Positions 1 through 10,149 of a stretch of 64,000 bases of DNA are shown here, piece by piece. Origin of the DNA: an uncultured Planctomycetaceae bacterium (GTDB taxonomy: Bacteria; Planctomycetota; Planctomycetia; Pirellulales; Thermoguttaceae). The stretch is taken from the NCBI GenBank assembly GCA_946408825.1, contig CAMJTU010000017.1, positions 1,143-65,142 of the forward strand, read 5' to 3'. The translations under genes were made by a program, and so were the position numbers. The notes below the pieces were generated by a model. The model ran no database searches. It was not told the origin of the DNA and saw only the letters and a program-made list of their open reading frames with translations. Position 1 is the stretch's first letter. The number at the start of each line of letters is the position of its first letter.

Positions 1-1219
1 CCGCTTTATCGACGTATTCCCATCGGTGATAGATAATCCTTCCGTCTGGAAGAACCGCAGGGGACTGCTCATTGAGCGCGCTGAACGTCAATGGCTGGAG
101 GTTGGTTCCGTCTGCGTCCATTCGGTAGAGATTGGTTACGGTAAAATTATCAGAGGAATCGCAAAGAACACTAAATTGGGGGCGAGTCGAAACAAACGCA
201 ATTCCTCCGTCCGGAAGATAACACGGATGTAGATCGTCCGTACCATGCATGTAATTCCCGCGACGATATTTTTTTACGAGTTCCTCTTCTTCGGGAACGG
301 GGAACGTTAATTGTTTCAATCCCGAACCGTCGAGGTTAGCTTCAAAAATGCGATATCCTTCTTCGATAGAGGCGCGGAAATCGAAAACTATTTTTTTCCC
401 GTCGTACGAGACGTCAAAACGCTGAATCATGCCGTTGTGCAACTCGTCAAAGAGAAGGTCGCTTGTTTCGCCTGTTCTGAGGTTAAGCACACAAAAACCC
501 GCGCCTGGAAGCCAGTCGCAATTGACATGATCGGTGTAAACGTGGTTGGAGTTGTACGTGTAGTGGCGCAGAAAAATCAGCCGATCAATTCCCTCGTCGA
601 GGAGAAGCTTTGCCGCTTTGTCATTGAATTCAAACGTCGATTCTTTTGACGGCGGGATAGGGGGCGTCGAAACGACCGTGTTGACATGCTTATAGTCCTC
701 AGGTTGGGGCAGCGTCGCAGGGCTGTCGAGAACCTTGAAGACAACAGAACCACGCACGGCGTGTACGTCGAGCCCCACGCTTACGTTAAAATGCTTATAG
801 GCGCCGTCCAGTTTAAAATGTAGAAGAGAAGGCGCGTGCGCCCAAAACCCTGTTTCATAGGTGTTTTTTCCGATGCAGAGTTGTTCGCCTAGATGGTTTT
901 TATTTAGCAATAGGCTACCCCAGCCCGTTTGGGCTGCTTCCGGCGTCAAACTTGTCAGATCGATTTCGTTTCCATCTTGGTCGATAAGCTTAGGGTTAGC
1001 CCAAATCGCCTGGTCGCAATCGTAAGAATCCCCCCCGTAGTCTGCAAAAAGATAGAGATCTTGCGCTCCATTCAAGTCAATCGACAACTCTTGAGCCGGG
1101 GAGTTGACGCGCAACAACTTTGACTCGACTGGACTGAACCCCCACGTGAACGAGCAGCGAACTGCGCCAAAGAACAAGCAAAAGAGTTCAAACACAATCA
1201 TTAGAGACGAACGGGTCAT
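1..1219 (-). CDS. Exported NPCBM-domain / PD40(TolB)-like beta-propeller protein, 3' end cut by window edge
   Basis: Absent from the ORF track because it runs off the window. My own minus-strand translation from the ATG (complement of 1217-1219) gives MTRSSLMIVFELFCLFFGAV (signal-like). It continues with AAQTGWGSLLLNKNHLGEQLCIGKNTYETGFWAHAPSLLHFKLDGAYKHFNVSVGLDVHAVRGSVVFKVL (NPCBM-like pattern), then NLDGSGLKQLTF and YRMDADGTNLQPLTF (PD40-like repeats). The frame stays open to position 1. Confidence 0.6.
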   Translation of the reverse strand, partial: MTRSSLMIVFELFCLFFGAVRCSFTWGFSPVESKLLRVNSPAQELSIDLNGAQDLYLFADYGGDSYDCDQAIWANPKLIDQDGNEIDLTSLTPEAAQTGWGSLLLNKNHLGEQLCIGKNTYETGFWAHAPSLLHFKLDGAYKHFNVSVGLDVHAVRGSVVFKVLDSPATLPQPEDYKHVNTVVSTPPIPPSKESTFEFNDKAAKLLLDEGIDRLIFLRHYTYNSNHVYTDHVNCDWLPGAGFCVLNLRTGETSDLLFDELHNGMIQRFDVSYDGKKIVFDFRASIEEGYRIFEANLDGSGLKQLTFPVPEEEELVKKYRRGNYMHGTDDLHPCYLPDGGIAFVSTRPQFSVLCDSSDNFTVTNLYRMDADGTNLQPLTFSALNEQSPAVLPDGRIIYHRWEYVDKA

Positions 1220-1609
1220 AAGTACAAACTCCGTCTTTTACGCATTCATGTTTGTCTTAAGACGTTCAAAACAACGTCGCTTAATAGTATATCATATCCT
1301 CCATTCTAAATGAAGTCAAAGGTCGACAGCGTCTTTATGCATAAATTGGTAAGACGCCTGTTTGTTAGGTTTATGAGTTGACGTAGCGCATGTATTTATT
1401 TCTGAAAAGACTATGCCAAACCATTTTTAGTTCAATTCCTTTGCTAAATTCCCCTGTTTGTCTATTTATTTTTTTCCCCTCTTTACAAAAAACGCTTTTC
1501 TGGTTCAATATCAAGAGGCGTTTTCGCGACCTGTTTAGCAGCGTCGTGAGACGGCGAGGCTGTGAACTTTATCCTTTGTGGAAGTTTTGAGTTGCGATAG
1601 GACGTTGGC

Positions 1610-1939
1610 GTGAAAAACGATCCTGACGCTGTAAGAGACGCGTTTGCCTTAAACTCCTTCCTTGAGACGGACGACGATCCTGGAGACGAGGTTTCTCCAT
1701 TGGTCGTCGGATATGCGTGGGTTGCGCGGATAACTGCGTATTCCGCGGAATTTGCGGTTCTCGTTTGGTTTGGGTGGTTTCTAGACCGATCATATGGTTG
1801 GTCGCCGATAGGAATCCTGAGCGGCGTAGTCGTCGGCGTTATAGCTTTCGTCGCTGGATTGATTGCGACTGCCAGACGGCTCGAAGATGAAGAAGTTCGT
1901 GAACGGCTTCGCCAATTGGGATCGAAGAAAAAACGCTGA
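1610..1939 (+). CDS. AtpZ/AtpI-family small membrane protein (F0F1 ATPase 'gene 1' type)
   Basis: 109-aa ORF with a GTG start, first gene of the atp cluster. It has two hydrophobic helices with the pattern FGWFLDRSYGWSPIGILSGVVVGVIAF typical of this family. Confidence 0.55.
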   Translation: MKNDPDAVRDAFALNSFLETDDDPGDEVSPLVVGYAWVARITAYSAEFAVLVWFGWFLDRSYGWSPIGILSGVVVGVIAFVAGLIATARRLEDEEVRERLRQLGSKKKR

Positions 1940-1953
1940 CTTGCCCTAGTCGT

Positions 1954-2436
1954 ATGAACGAGAACCCTGTGAAGAAGAACTTAACGAAGAGTCTTTGGCT
2001 AAGGGCGATCGTTTACGCTTTGTACGCTTCGACTGCGTGGGCGTTTACGTTACTTGCAGGCGCCTACTCGATTCCAGAGTCCTTAGACGTTTTAGCCTTG
2101 GTTGCATGCGCGTTTTTTTGCGTCATGGGGGGCGTCGCGTCCTTTGGCTTGCTTGCAATTTGTCGGCGTAAAGGGCTGTGGGGAACGTCTGAGTATGCTT
2201 TGGCTCTGTTCGGCCGCACCGGGATACCGTGTCTCGTCGTTCTTGCCTGCTTTATTGAAATGGACGACTTGTGTTTCCGTGCGATCGCACAGAGGCTTCT
2301 TGTCGGTTATTTTTTGACGGCTCCTGTCCATGTATGGTTGACAATTCCTTCTGAGTCTGAATTTCAGGCGGGGTATATTGCTACAATCGATAGACGACGA
2401 GTTCAACACATTGTCCATGACGACGAAGAGAGTTAG
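1954..2436 (+). CDS. Multi-pass membrane protein in the atpI position of the atp operon
   Basis: 160-aa ORF with about 4 hydrophobic segments, lying 14 nt after the AtpZ-like gene and upstream of atpB. The call rests on position and topology only. Confidence 0.4.
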   Translation: MNENPVKKNLTKSLWLRAIVYALYASTAWAFTLLAGAYSIPESLDVLALVACAFFCVMGGVASFGLLAICRRKGLWGTSEYALALFGRTGIPCLVVLACFIEMDDLCFRAIAQRLLVGYFLTAPVHVWLTIPSESEFQAGYIATIDRRRVQHIVHDDEES

Positions 2437-2457
2437 ACGTCAGCTCTGGGCTAACGG

Positions 2458-2494
2458 TAAGACGGCGTGAAACTAAGACGCCGTCTTATCTTTT
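2458..2494 (+). terminator. Intra-operon stem-loop plus T-tract between the atpI-like gene and atpB
   Basis: taagacggcgt (2458-2468) pairs perfectly with acgccgtctta (2478-2488) around a 9-nt loop, followed by tctttt. Confidence 0.45.
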
Positions 2495-2589
2495 GACGAT
2501 CTGTATTTTGGCGCAGTTGCCTTGATCGAGAGATTCGATCAGGTATTCAATCCGGACGATTCCAGCGTTCCTTTGAGAAAGTACGCGAT

Positions 2590-3417
2590 ATGAGCGGCGA
2601 ACTGGTGAATATGGGCGAGTTGGCTCAGCATGTCTCTGACGGCTCTGCTTACCACCTTCCAGAATTTTTAGGGGTTCACTTAGAACTTCCTACGATATGC
2701 GGATTGCAGTTAACGCGCTTTATGGTAGTTGAAGTTGCCGTCGCTGCGTTGATGATTTTGCTTTTTGTGCCGCTTGCCGCTAAAATGAAGTCTGGCAAAC
2801 CGCTTCGCGGGCGTTTCTGGAATCTCCTTGAGGTTTTTTTGCTTTATCTTCGAAACGAGGTTATTGTTCCTTCTATAGGTAAGAAAGACGCGGATCGTTT
2901 CACTCCTTTCCTATGGACGGTCTTTTTCTTCGTCCTTTTTTGTAATCTTGCCGGACTCGTGCCCTGGTTCGGCGCTTCTCCGACTGGCGCGCTTGCGACG
3001 ACTTCAGTCCTTGCGCTTTCGACGTTCGTTATCCTGATTTGTTCCGGTATGAAGAAATTCGGAATAGTCGGCTTCTGGGTTGGGCAGGTTCCCCATATGG
3101 AACTTCCTTTAGCCTTGTCGATTTTTCTGAAACCGATGCTTTTTGTCATCGAAGTTTTAGGACTTTTGATTAAGCACGTCGTATTAGCGGTTCGTCTTTT
3201 GGCGAATATGTTTGCCGGTCACCTTGTCCTCGCCGTGATGCTCGGTTTTATCGCAGCGACGGCGGATAAATTTGCTCTTTGGATTGGCGTGACTTGCGCT
3301 AGTGTTTTTATGAGCGTTTGCTTGAACATGCTCGAGCTTTTTGTCGCGTTCCTGCAGGCCTATATTTTCATGTTCCTTTCCTCCATTTTTATCGGAATGG
3401 CGCAACATCAGCACTAG
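2590..3417 (+). CDS. atpB: F0F1 ATP synthase subunit a
   Basis: 275 aa and polytopic, with the signature LAVRLLANMFAGH carrying the essential Arg. Its position matches the canonical atp gene order. Confidence 0.9.
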   Translation: MSGELVNMGELAQHVSDGSAYHLPEFLGVHLELPTICGLQLTRFMVVEVAVAALMILLFVPLAAKMKSGKPLRGRFWNLLEVFLLYLRNEVIVPSIGKKDADRFTPFLWTVFFFVLFCNLAGLVPWFGASPTGALATTSVLALSTFVILICSGMKKFGIVGFWVGQVPHMELPLALSIFLKPMLFVIEVLGLLIKHVVLAVRLLANMFAGHLVLAVMLGFIAATADKFALWIGVTCASVFMSVCLNMLELFVAFLQAYIFMFLSSIFIGMAQHQH

Positions 3418-3628
3418 TAACGTTCCAGTCTATTTAACTTTTGAGACAGTCCGTCTTGCCCGTTTCGACGTCGATTGTCGTTGAAGAAGGCGAGACCTTA
3501 AATAGCGTAACAAAGACCTTCATGGCGGAGGAGACTTTTTTCCACAGAAGCCCTAGCTATCGGTGGGATTGTTTCGTCTTCCATATTTCGTCTAGTGAAG
3601 ACCCGTCACCTAAATTAGGAGATTTTTC

Positions 3629-3952
3629 GTGAACAAGCTCGTCAAAATCGTCGCTTTGTTGTTCGTTGTCGCCCTCGTTTGCGCTCCATGCGCCGTTTTT
3701 GCGCAGGACGCTTCCGCTGCTACTGACGCGGTCGCTTCCTCGTCGGTTGATCTTCATTCCCTTTATGGTATTGGCGCCGGTATTGTTCTCCTTGGCGCCG
3801 CGCTCGGCATTGGGCGCATCGGTTCTTCGAGCGTTGAAAGCATGGCGCGTCAGCCTGAGGTCGCCGGTAAGATCAACACTGCGATGATTATTTCCGCCGC
3901 TCTCATCGAAGGCGTTACGTTCTTTGCGCTGATTGTCTGCATGTTAAAGTGA
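3629..3952 (+). CDS. atpE: F0F1 ATP synthase subunit c with N-terminal signal-peptide-like extension
   Basis: GTG start preceded by AGGAG. The C-terminal 70 aa form a canonical c hairpin (GAALGIGRIG...ARQPE...ALIEGVTFFAL with the carboxylate E). The N-terminus MNKLVKIVALLFVVALVCAPCAVFA-QD looks like a Sec signal. Confidence 0.9.
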   Translation: MNKLVKIVALLFVVALVCAPCAVFAQDASAATDAVASSSVDLHSLYGIGAGIVLLGAALGIGRIGSSSVESMARQPEVAGKINTAMIISAALIEGVTFFALIVCMLK

Positions 3953-4033
3953 TCTGTGCGACATGCAGTGGTTTTCGCGCCGCTTTTTGTGGAGCGAGGC
4001 GTCTTGACGCTTAACGTCTGGGGAATCAGCAGC

Positions 4034-4666
4034 ATGAATCTTAAAACGTTCGAAACGAAGCCATGCTCTCGTAAAACTTTTGTTGGGACGATTGCCCTCG
4101 CTGTGAGCACGTTCGCTTACTGGGCGAGTTCCGTTTCTGTTTTCGCGGCTGAAGTCGAGGAAAAGGAAAAGGGGCTCGAACCTCTGGCGTGGCAGACGGA
4201 TCTAGCGATTTGGACGGCCGTCGTCTTCGTTATCCTCCTTGTTATACTTTGGTTGTTTGCGTTTGGGCCAATTGTAAAAGCGTTGGACTTGCGTGAACGA
4301 AACGAGTTGGCTCGCCTTGCCGCGACCGAAAAAAGCGCCGCCGACGCCAAAGATTTATTGAGACAATACCAACAGAAGCTTGAGGACTCTGAGGAAGAAG
4401 TCCGCAAGATTCTTAACGACGCCAAGACGGACGCGCAGAAACAAGCAGACGCGGTCGTCGCTGAGGCTCGGCTGTTGGCTGCCGAGGAACGAGAACGAGC
4501 GCTGAGAGACATCCAGAACGCCTCTGACGTCGCGCTCCAAGAGATTGCTGAAAAGAGCGCAAGTCTTGCGACGCTTCTTGCCGGCAAAATCATTAAGGAA
4601 GAACTTGATCCTGCAAAGCACGCGCGTCTCGTCGAAAACGCGATCGCGGACGTTGCCAAGCAATGA
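4034..4666 (+). CDS. atpF: F0F1 ATP synthase subunit b
   Basis: One TM segment (WTAVVFVILLVILWLFAF) followed by a long charged helix rich in A/E/K/R. I prefer the in-frame ATG at 4034 over the track's GTG at 3956, which abuts the atpE stop. Confidence 0.8.
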   Translation: MNLKTFETKPCSRKTFVGTIALAVSTFAYWASSVSVFAAEVEEKEKGLEPLAWQTDLAIWTAVVFVILLVILWLFAFGPIVKALDLRERNELARLAATEKSAADAKDLLRQYQQKLEDSEEEVRKILNDAKTDAQKQADAVVAEARLLAAEERERALRDIQNASDVALQEIAEKSASLATLLAGKIIKEELDPAKHARLVENAIADVAKQ

Positions 4667-4750
4667 GCGTACGTTGTTAGCGATTGAAAGTCGATCTCGT
4701 TTGTTGTTGTGAGTTTTTAGCGCAAGTTATATTCGTTTAAACGTTGCTCT

Positions 4751-5401
4751 ATGGGTAAGAATGTAGAACAAGACGCTCTGTATGCGGCGAAACTCGACGC
4801 CGACGCGACGCGCGAAAAGCTTGCGGAGATTTACGCGACAGCGCTTCTAGGCGCCTGCGATTCAACGCAAACGTCCTTTGCTAATGTTCGCGACGACTAC
4901 GTTTCGTTTATTACGCAAGTCTGCGACATTTATCCTAAATTTGAAGCAATTCTTGCTTCGCCTAGCGTTTCCGTCGAAGAAAAGCAGCGTATGCTCGATG
5001 GAATCTGCGGCGCCACGACTTCCGTCTTTAGGAATTTTCTTAAGACGCTTGCAAGGCGCGGGCGGATGGATATGCTGCGGGAAATATTTCTCGCCTGTCG
5101 TAAACTCGACGACGAGAGAATGGGACGCGTTCATGTCGAGATTACGACGGCCGCCCCCTTAGACGAAACCGTAAAAGACAATCTTGCCGTCAATTTGCGC
5201 GAACTTGTCGGCGGCGAGCCTGAATTTCTTCATAAAGTCGATCCGAATGCGATCGGCGGAATTATTGTTCGTGTCGGAGACGTTGTCTACGACGCTTCTA
5301 TTGCGACCCAACTGAATAAAGTGCGCCAAGATATGATTGACAGGAGCGCCCATGAAATTCAAAACCGACGAGATTGCTTCCGTAATCCAGAAGGAAATTG
5401 A
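4751..5401 (+). CDS. atpH: F0F1 ATP synthase subunit delta (OSCP)
   Basis: 216 aa with an OSCP-like C-terminus [20 protein letters not shown], in the expected operon position. Confidence 0.8.
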   Translation: MGKNVEQDALYAAKLDADATREKLAEIYATALLGACDSTQTSFANVRDDYVSFITQVCDIYPKFEAILASPSVSVEEKQRMLDGICGATTSVFRNFLKTLARRGRMDMLREIFLACRKLDDERMGRVHVEITTAAPLDETVKDNLAVNLRELVGGEPEFLHKVDPNAIGGIIVRVGDVVYDASIATQLNKVRQDMIDRSAHEIQNRRDCFRNPEGN

Positions 5402-6875
5402 GCAATTTGAAACGCGCGTCGACGTCCGCGAAGTTGGACGTGTGATCGAAGCAGGCGACGGCATCGCCCAAGTTTATGGGCTTTCCGGCGTTATGTCCGG
5501 CGAGATGCTTGAGTTCCCAAACGGCGTTATAGGATTGGCGTTCAATCTCGAAGAAACCAGCGTTGGCGTTATTCTTCTTGGCGACTATCTTAAGATTCAG
5601 GAGGGCGATGAAGTACGCGCGACAGGCAAGCTTTTACAGACTCCTGTCGGCGACGCCGTTCTTGGTCGCGTGCTTGATCCCCTCGGCAATCCCCTTGATG
5701 GGAAAGGGCCTGTTGCGACAACGGAACATCGATTTGTCGAGAGTCCCGCGCCAGGCGTCGCAGATCGTCAGCCTGTCCGTGAATCTCTTCAGACGGGAAT
5801 TAAAGCGATCGATTCGATGACTCCGATTGGGCGAGGTCAACGCGAGCTCATTATCGGCGACCGTAAGACGGGCAAGACGCAGATTGGCGTCGACGCGATT
5901 ATCAACCAGAAAGGTAAGGGCGTAAAGTGCTTCTATGTCGCGATTGGTCAGAAAGATTCGACTGTCGCGGGCGTCATTGAAACGTTACGCCGCCATGGCG
6001 CGATGGAATACACGACCGTTGTTGTCGCCGGCGCCAGTTCTCCTGCGCCGCTTCAATACATCGCGCCATATGCCGGGGCCGCTATGGCCGAATATTTCAT
6101 GTACAATGGTCAGCATGCGTTGATTGTGTACGACGACCTCTCGAAGCAAGCGGTTGCATATCGTCAGCTTTCGTTGTTAATGCGTCGTCCGCCCGGGCGT
6201 GAAGCTTATCCTGGCGACGTTTTTTATTGCCATAGTCGTCTGTTAGAACGGAGCGCCAAGTTGTCAGACGACCTTGGCGGCGGTTCGATGACCTCTCTTC
6301 CGATTGTTGAGACGCAGGAGGGCGAGGTTTCCGCGTATATTCCGACAAACGTAATTTCCATCACTGACGGTCAGATCTACCTTCAGCCTGATCTCTTCTT
6401 CCGTGGGCAACGCCCTGCAATGAACGTCGGCATCTCGGTTTCCCGTGTCGGCGGCTCTGCTCAAATTCCCGCGATGAAGCAGGTTGCCGGCGGTCTACGT
6501 CTTGACCTTGCCGCGTTCCGCGAGCTTGAAGCTTTCGCTCAACTTGGGTCCGATCTTGACGCTGCGACGCAACAGCGCCTGGATCGTGGGTATCGCATGA
6601 ACGAACTGTTGATTCAGGGCGTTTGTGAACCTCTTGACGTGATTGATCAAGTACTAGTAATCTTCGCTGGGACGAGAGGCTATGTCGACTCTATTCCTCT
6701 CAATCGAGTTCGCGATTGGGAGAAGGAGTTCCTTCTCTGGTTCCATCGTGAGAATCAGCCTCTATGGGATGAACTTAAGGCGCTTGATTCAAAGATTGAT
6801 TCCGAGCTTGCCGATCGGCTTGAAGCGGCGATAAACGCATTTAACGCGTTGTTTATCGCAGGTTCTTCGAGTTGA
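5352..6875 (+). CDS. atpA: F0F1 ATP synthase subunit alpha
   Basis: Walker A GDRKTGKT. The canonical N-terminus [19 protein letters not shown] begins at ATG 5352 and is preceded by CAGGAG (5341-5346). The track ORF starts upstream at 5337. Confidence 0.95.
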   Translation: MKFKTDEIASVIQKEIEQFETRVDVREVGRVIEAGDGIAQVYGLSGVMSGEMLEFPNGVIGLAFNLEETSVGVILLGDYLKIQEGDEVRATGKLLQTPVGDAVLGRVLDPLGNPLDGKGPVATTEHRFVESPAPGVADRQPVRESLQTGIKAIDSMTPIGRGQRELIIGDRKTGKTQIGVDAIINQKGKGVKCFYVAIGQKDSTVAGVIETLRRHGAMEYTTVVVAGASSPAPLQYIAPYAGAAMAEYFMYNGQHALIVYDDLSKQAVAYRQLSLLMRRPPGREAYPGDVFYCHSRLLERSAKLSDDLGGGSMTSLPIVETQEGEVSAYIPTNVISITDGQIYLQPDLFFRGQRPAMNVGISVSRVGGSAQIPAMKQVAGGLRLDLAAFRELEAFAQLGSDLDAATQQRLDRGYRMNELLIQGVCEPLDVIDQVLVIFAGTRGYVDSIPLNRVRDWEKEFLLWFHRENQPLWDELKALDSKIDSELADRLEAAINAFNALFIAGSSS

Positions 6876-7011
6876 TTTTTGAGGCGGGCTAGGGCTCTGC
6901 GTCATGAAGATCACCCTGCTTGATTTTAACCGGACGTCCGCGATATTACAAAAGTTGATTTTTTCGTCGTGGTAGACGTCAATTGTGCCAATCAAATAAC
7001 TGACTGGATTT

Positions 7012-7896
7012 ATGGCAAAAGCTAGAGCGCTCGACAAACGTCGAAAATCGATTAAGAATATTCGTAAGATCACGCGCACAATGGAGTTAGTTTCAACTGC
7101 TCAATTTCGACGCGCGATGGAACGAGCTGTCGCGGCAGATTCTTATACGAAGAGGATTGTCCGATTGGTGCGCGATCTTGCAAAGGCCGGGTTGAAGACG
7201 GAACATCCTCTTCTTGCCGAGCGGTCCGCTTCCAAAAGAGCTGTTCTCTTTATTCTCTCAGCCAATCGTGGTCTTTGCGGCGGCTATAATTCTGGCGTTT
7301 TACGAGCTGGAATCGCCCGTCTGAAGGAGCTTCAAAGCGAATACGACGAGGTAGAACTGGTCGTTTCCGGAAAACGAGGCTTTTCGTACCTAACATACCA
7401 TGGTTATGGGGTAGATCGTTCTTACACGCAGTTTGACGATAAGCCAGTTTATGAAGACGTCCTTGTTTTGGCGGACGACGTCCTCAAAAGGTACAGGGTT
7501 GGCGAGGTCGATCGTGTTGACGTCGCGTTTTCCAAATTTGTCTCGCTTTCGAAACAGTATCCTACGTCTGAGACATTGCTTCCCCTCTCTTCAATGACTA
7601 GCGAGATTGAAGAGGACGCGACGAATTCTTCTGAACTTGTTGATTATGAATTTCTCCCTTCGCCTAGGAGTATTCTCGACGAGGTCGTTCCTAACGCTTT
7701 TAGGATCAAATTCTTTAAGGCGTTCCTTGACGCTGCGGTAAGCGAACAGATTGCTCGAATGATGGCGATGAAGGCGGCGACCGACAACGCCGATCAGATG
7801 ATTTCGATGTTGACGACCTCTTACAACAGAGCTCGTCAGTCTCAGATTACTAACGAAATTATTGAAGTTATCAGCGGCGCGAGCGCGTTACAGTAA
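7012..7896 (+). CDS. atpG: F0F1 ATP synthase subunit gamma
   Basis: 294 aa. The N-terminus KSIKNIRKITRTMELVSTAQ and C-terminus ITNEIIEVISGASAL are typical of gamma. Confidence 0.9.
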   Translation: MAKARALDKRRKSIKNIRKITRTMELVSTAQFRRAMERAVAADSYTKRIVRLVRDLAKAGLKTEHPLLAERSASKRAVLFILSANRGLCGGYNSGVLRAGIARLKELQSEYDEVELVVSGKRGFSYLTYHGYGVDRSYTQFDDKPVYEDVLVLADDVLKRYRVGEVDRVDVAFSKFVSLSKQYPTSETLLPLSSMTSEIEEDATNSSELVDYEFLPSPRSILDEVVPNAFRIKFFKAFLDAAVSEQIARMMAMKAATDNADQMISMLTTSYNRARQSQITNEIIEVISGASALQ

Positions 7897-7943
7897 CAGA
7901 ACGAGGTTTCAGACGCAAATCGTTTGAATAATCACCGAGTTAG

Positions 7944-9509
<1,566 letters not shown>

Positions 9510-9586
9510 CGGTTCCTTTAGGATTCTTTTTGGTTTCCGACGAGTTGAACCGTCGTCCGAACTTGGCGCCTTTAAGGAGCATAAGT

Positions 9587-9994
9587 ATGAAATGCGTTGC
9601 GGTGACGCCAGAAAAGACAGTTTTCGACAGCGAGGTTGAATTTGTTGTCGTTCCGTTATTCGACGGCGAGTACGGAGTTGGTAAAGATCATTCGCCAGTC
9701 GTCGGTCGAATCGGGGCTGGCGAGCTACGACTAACTCTTAATGACGGATCGGTTGAACGCTGGTACGTCGAAGGCGGATTCGTAGAGGTTGTCGACAATA
9801 CTGTTTCTCTTCTTACAAATCGCGCTTGTCTACTTAGAGAACTCAATTTAGAATCCGTCAGGCAAGAATATGAGACGGCTCGAACGCTTCCTTCCAACTC
9901 TCCTGAGTTAATGGAAATTCGAAACGAATCAATTGAGCGCGCCCGTGCGAAACTGCGTGCGGCGGAAAAAGCTGAAAACGTCTTTTCGAGGTGA
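9587..9994 (+). CDS. atpC: F0F1 ATP synthase subunit epsilon
   Basis: ATG 9587 is preceded by AAGGAG (9574-9579). The product begins MKCVAVTPEKTVFDSEVEFVVVPLFDGEYGV and has a helical C-terminus. Confidence 0.85.
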   Translation: MKCVAVTPEKTVFDSEVEFVVVPLFDGEYGVGKDHSPVVGRIGAGELRLTLNDGSVERWYVEGGFVEVVDNTVSLLTNRACLLRELNLESVRQEYETARTLPSNSPELMEIRNESIERARAKLRAAEKAENVFSR

Positions 9995-10034
9995 TTTCGC
10001 CTTCGATTTTACTCAGTTTTCGGTGTGTTAAAAA

Positions 10035-10084
10035 CTCCTGTGTTGGCTCGAGCGAGACGCTTTTTGCCGACGTAGGAGTTTTTT
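10035..10084 (+). terminator. Rho-independent terminator of the atp operon
   Basis: 13-bp stem: ctcctgtgttggc (10035-10047) pairs with gccgacgtaggag (10066-10078), including 3 G-U pairs. It is followed by tttttt (10079-10084). Confidence 0.7.
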
Positions 10085-10149
10085 CAATTTCATTTAGCGT
10101 GGCGTTCCTCAGGTTTTTCGGGAGAATCTGACAGAGCGAGAAGGTTTTT

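Noticed and set aside
1482-1510. TTTACA-17 nt-TCAATA as a possible atp operon promoter.
   Set aside because: The -10 match is weak and nothing else supports it, so it was not reported as a feature.
4117-4659. 180-aa and 102-aa minus-strand ORFs inside atpF.
   Set aside because: They are antisense shadows of a confidently identified atpF. Their S/A/R-rich low-complexity products reflect the A/E/K-rich b-subunit helix.
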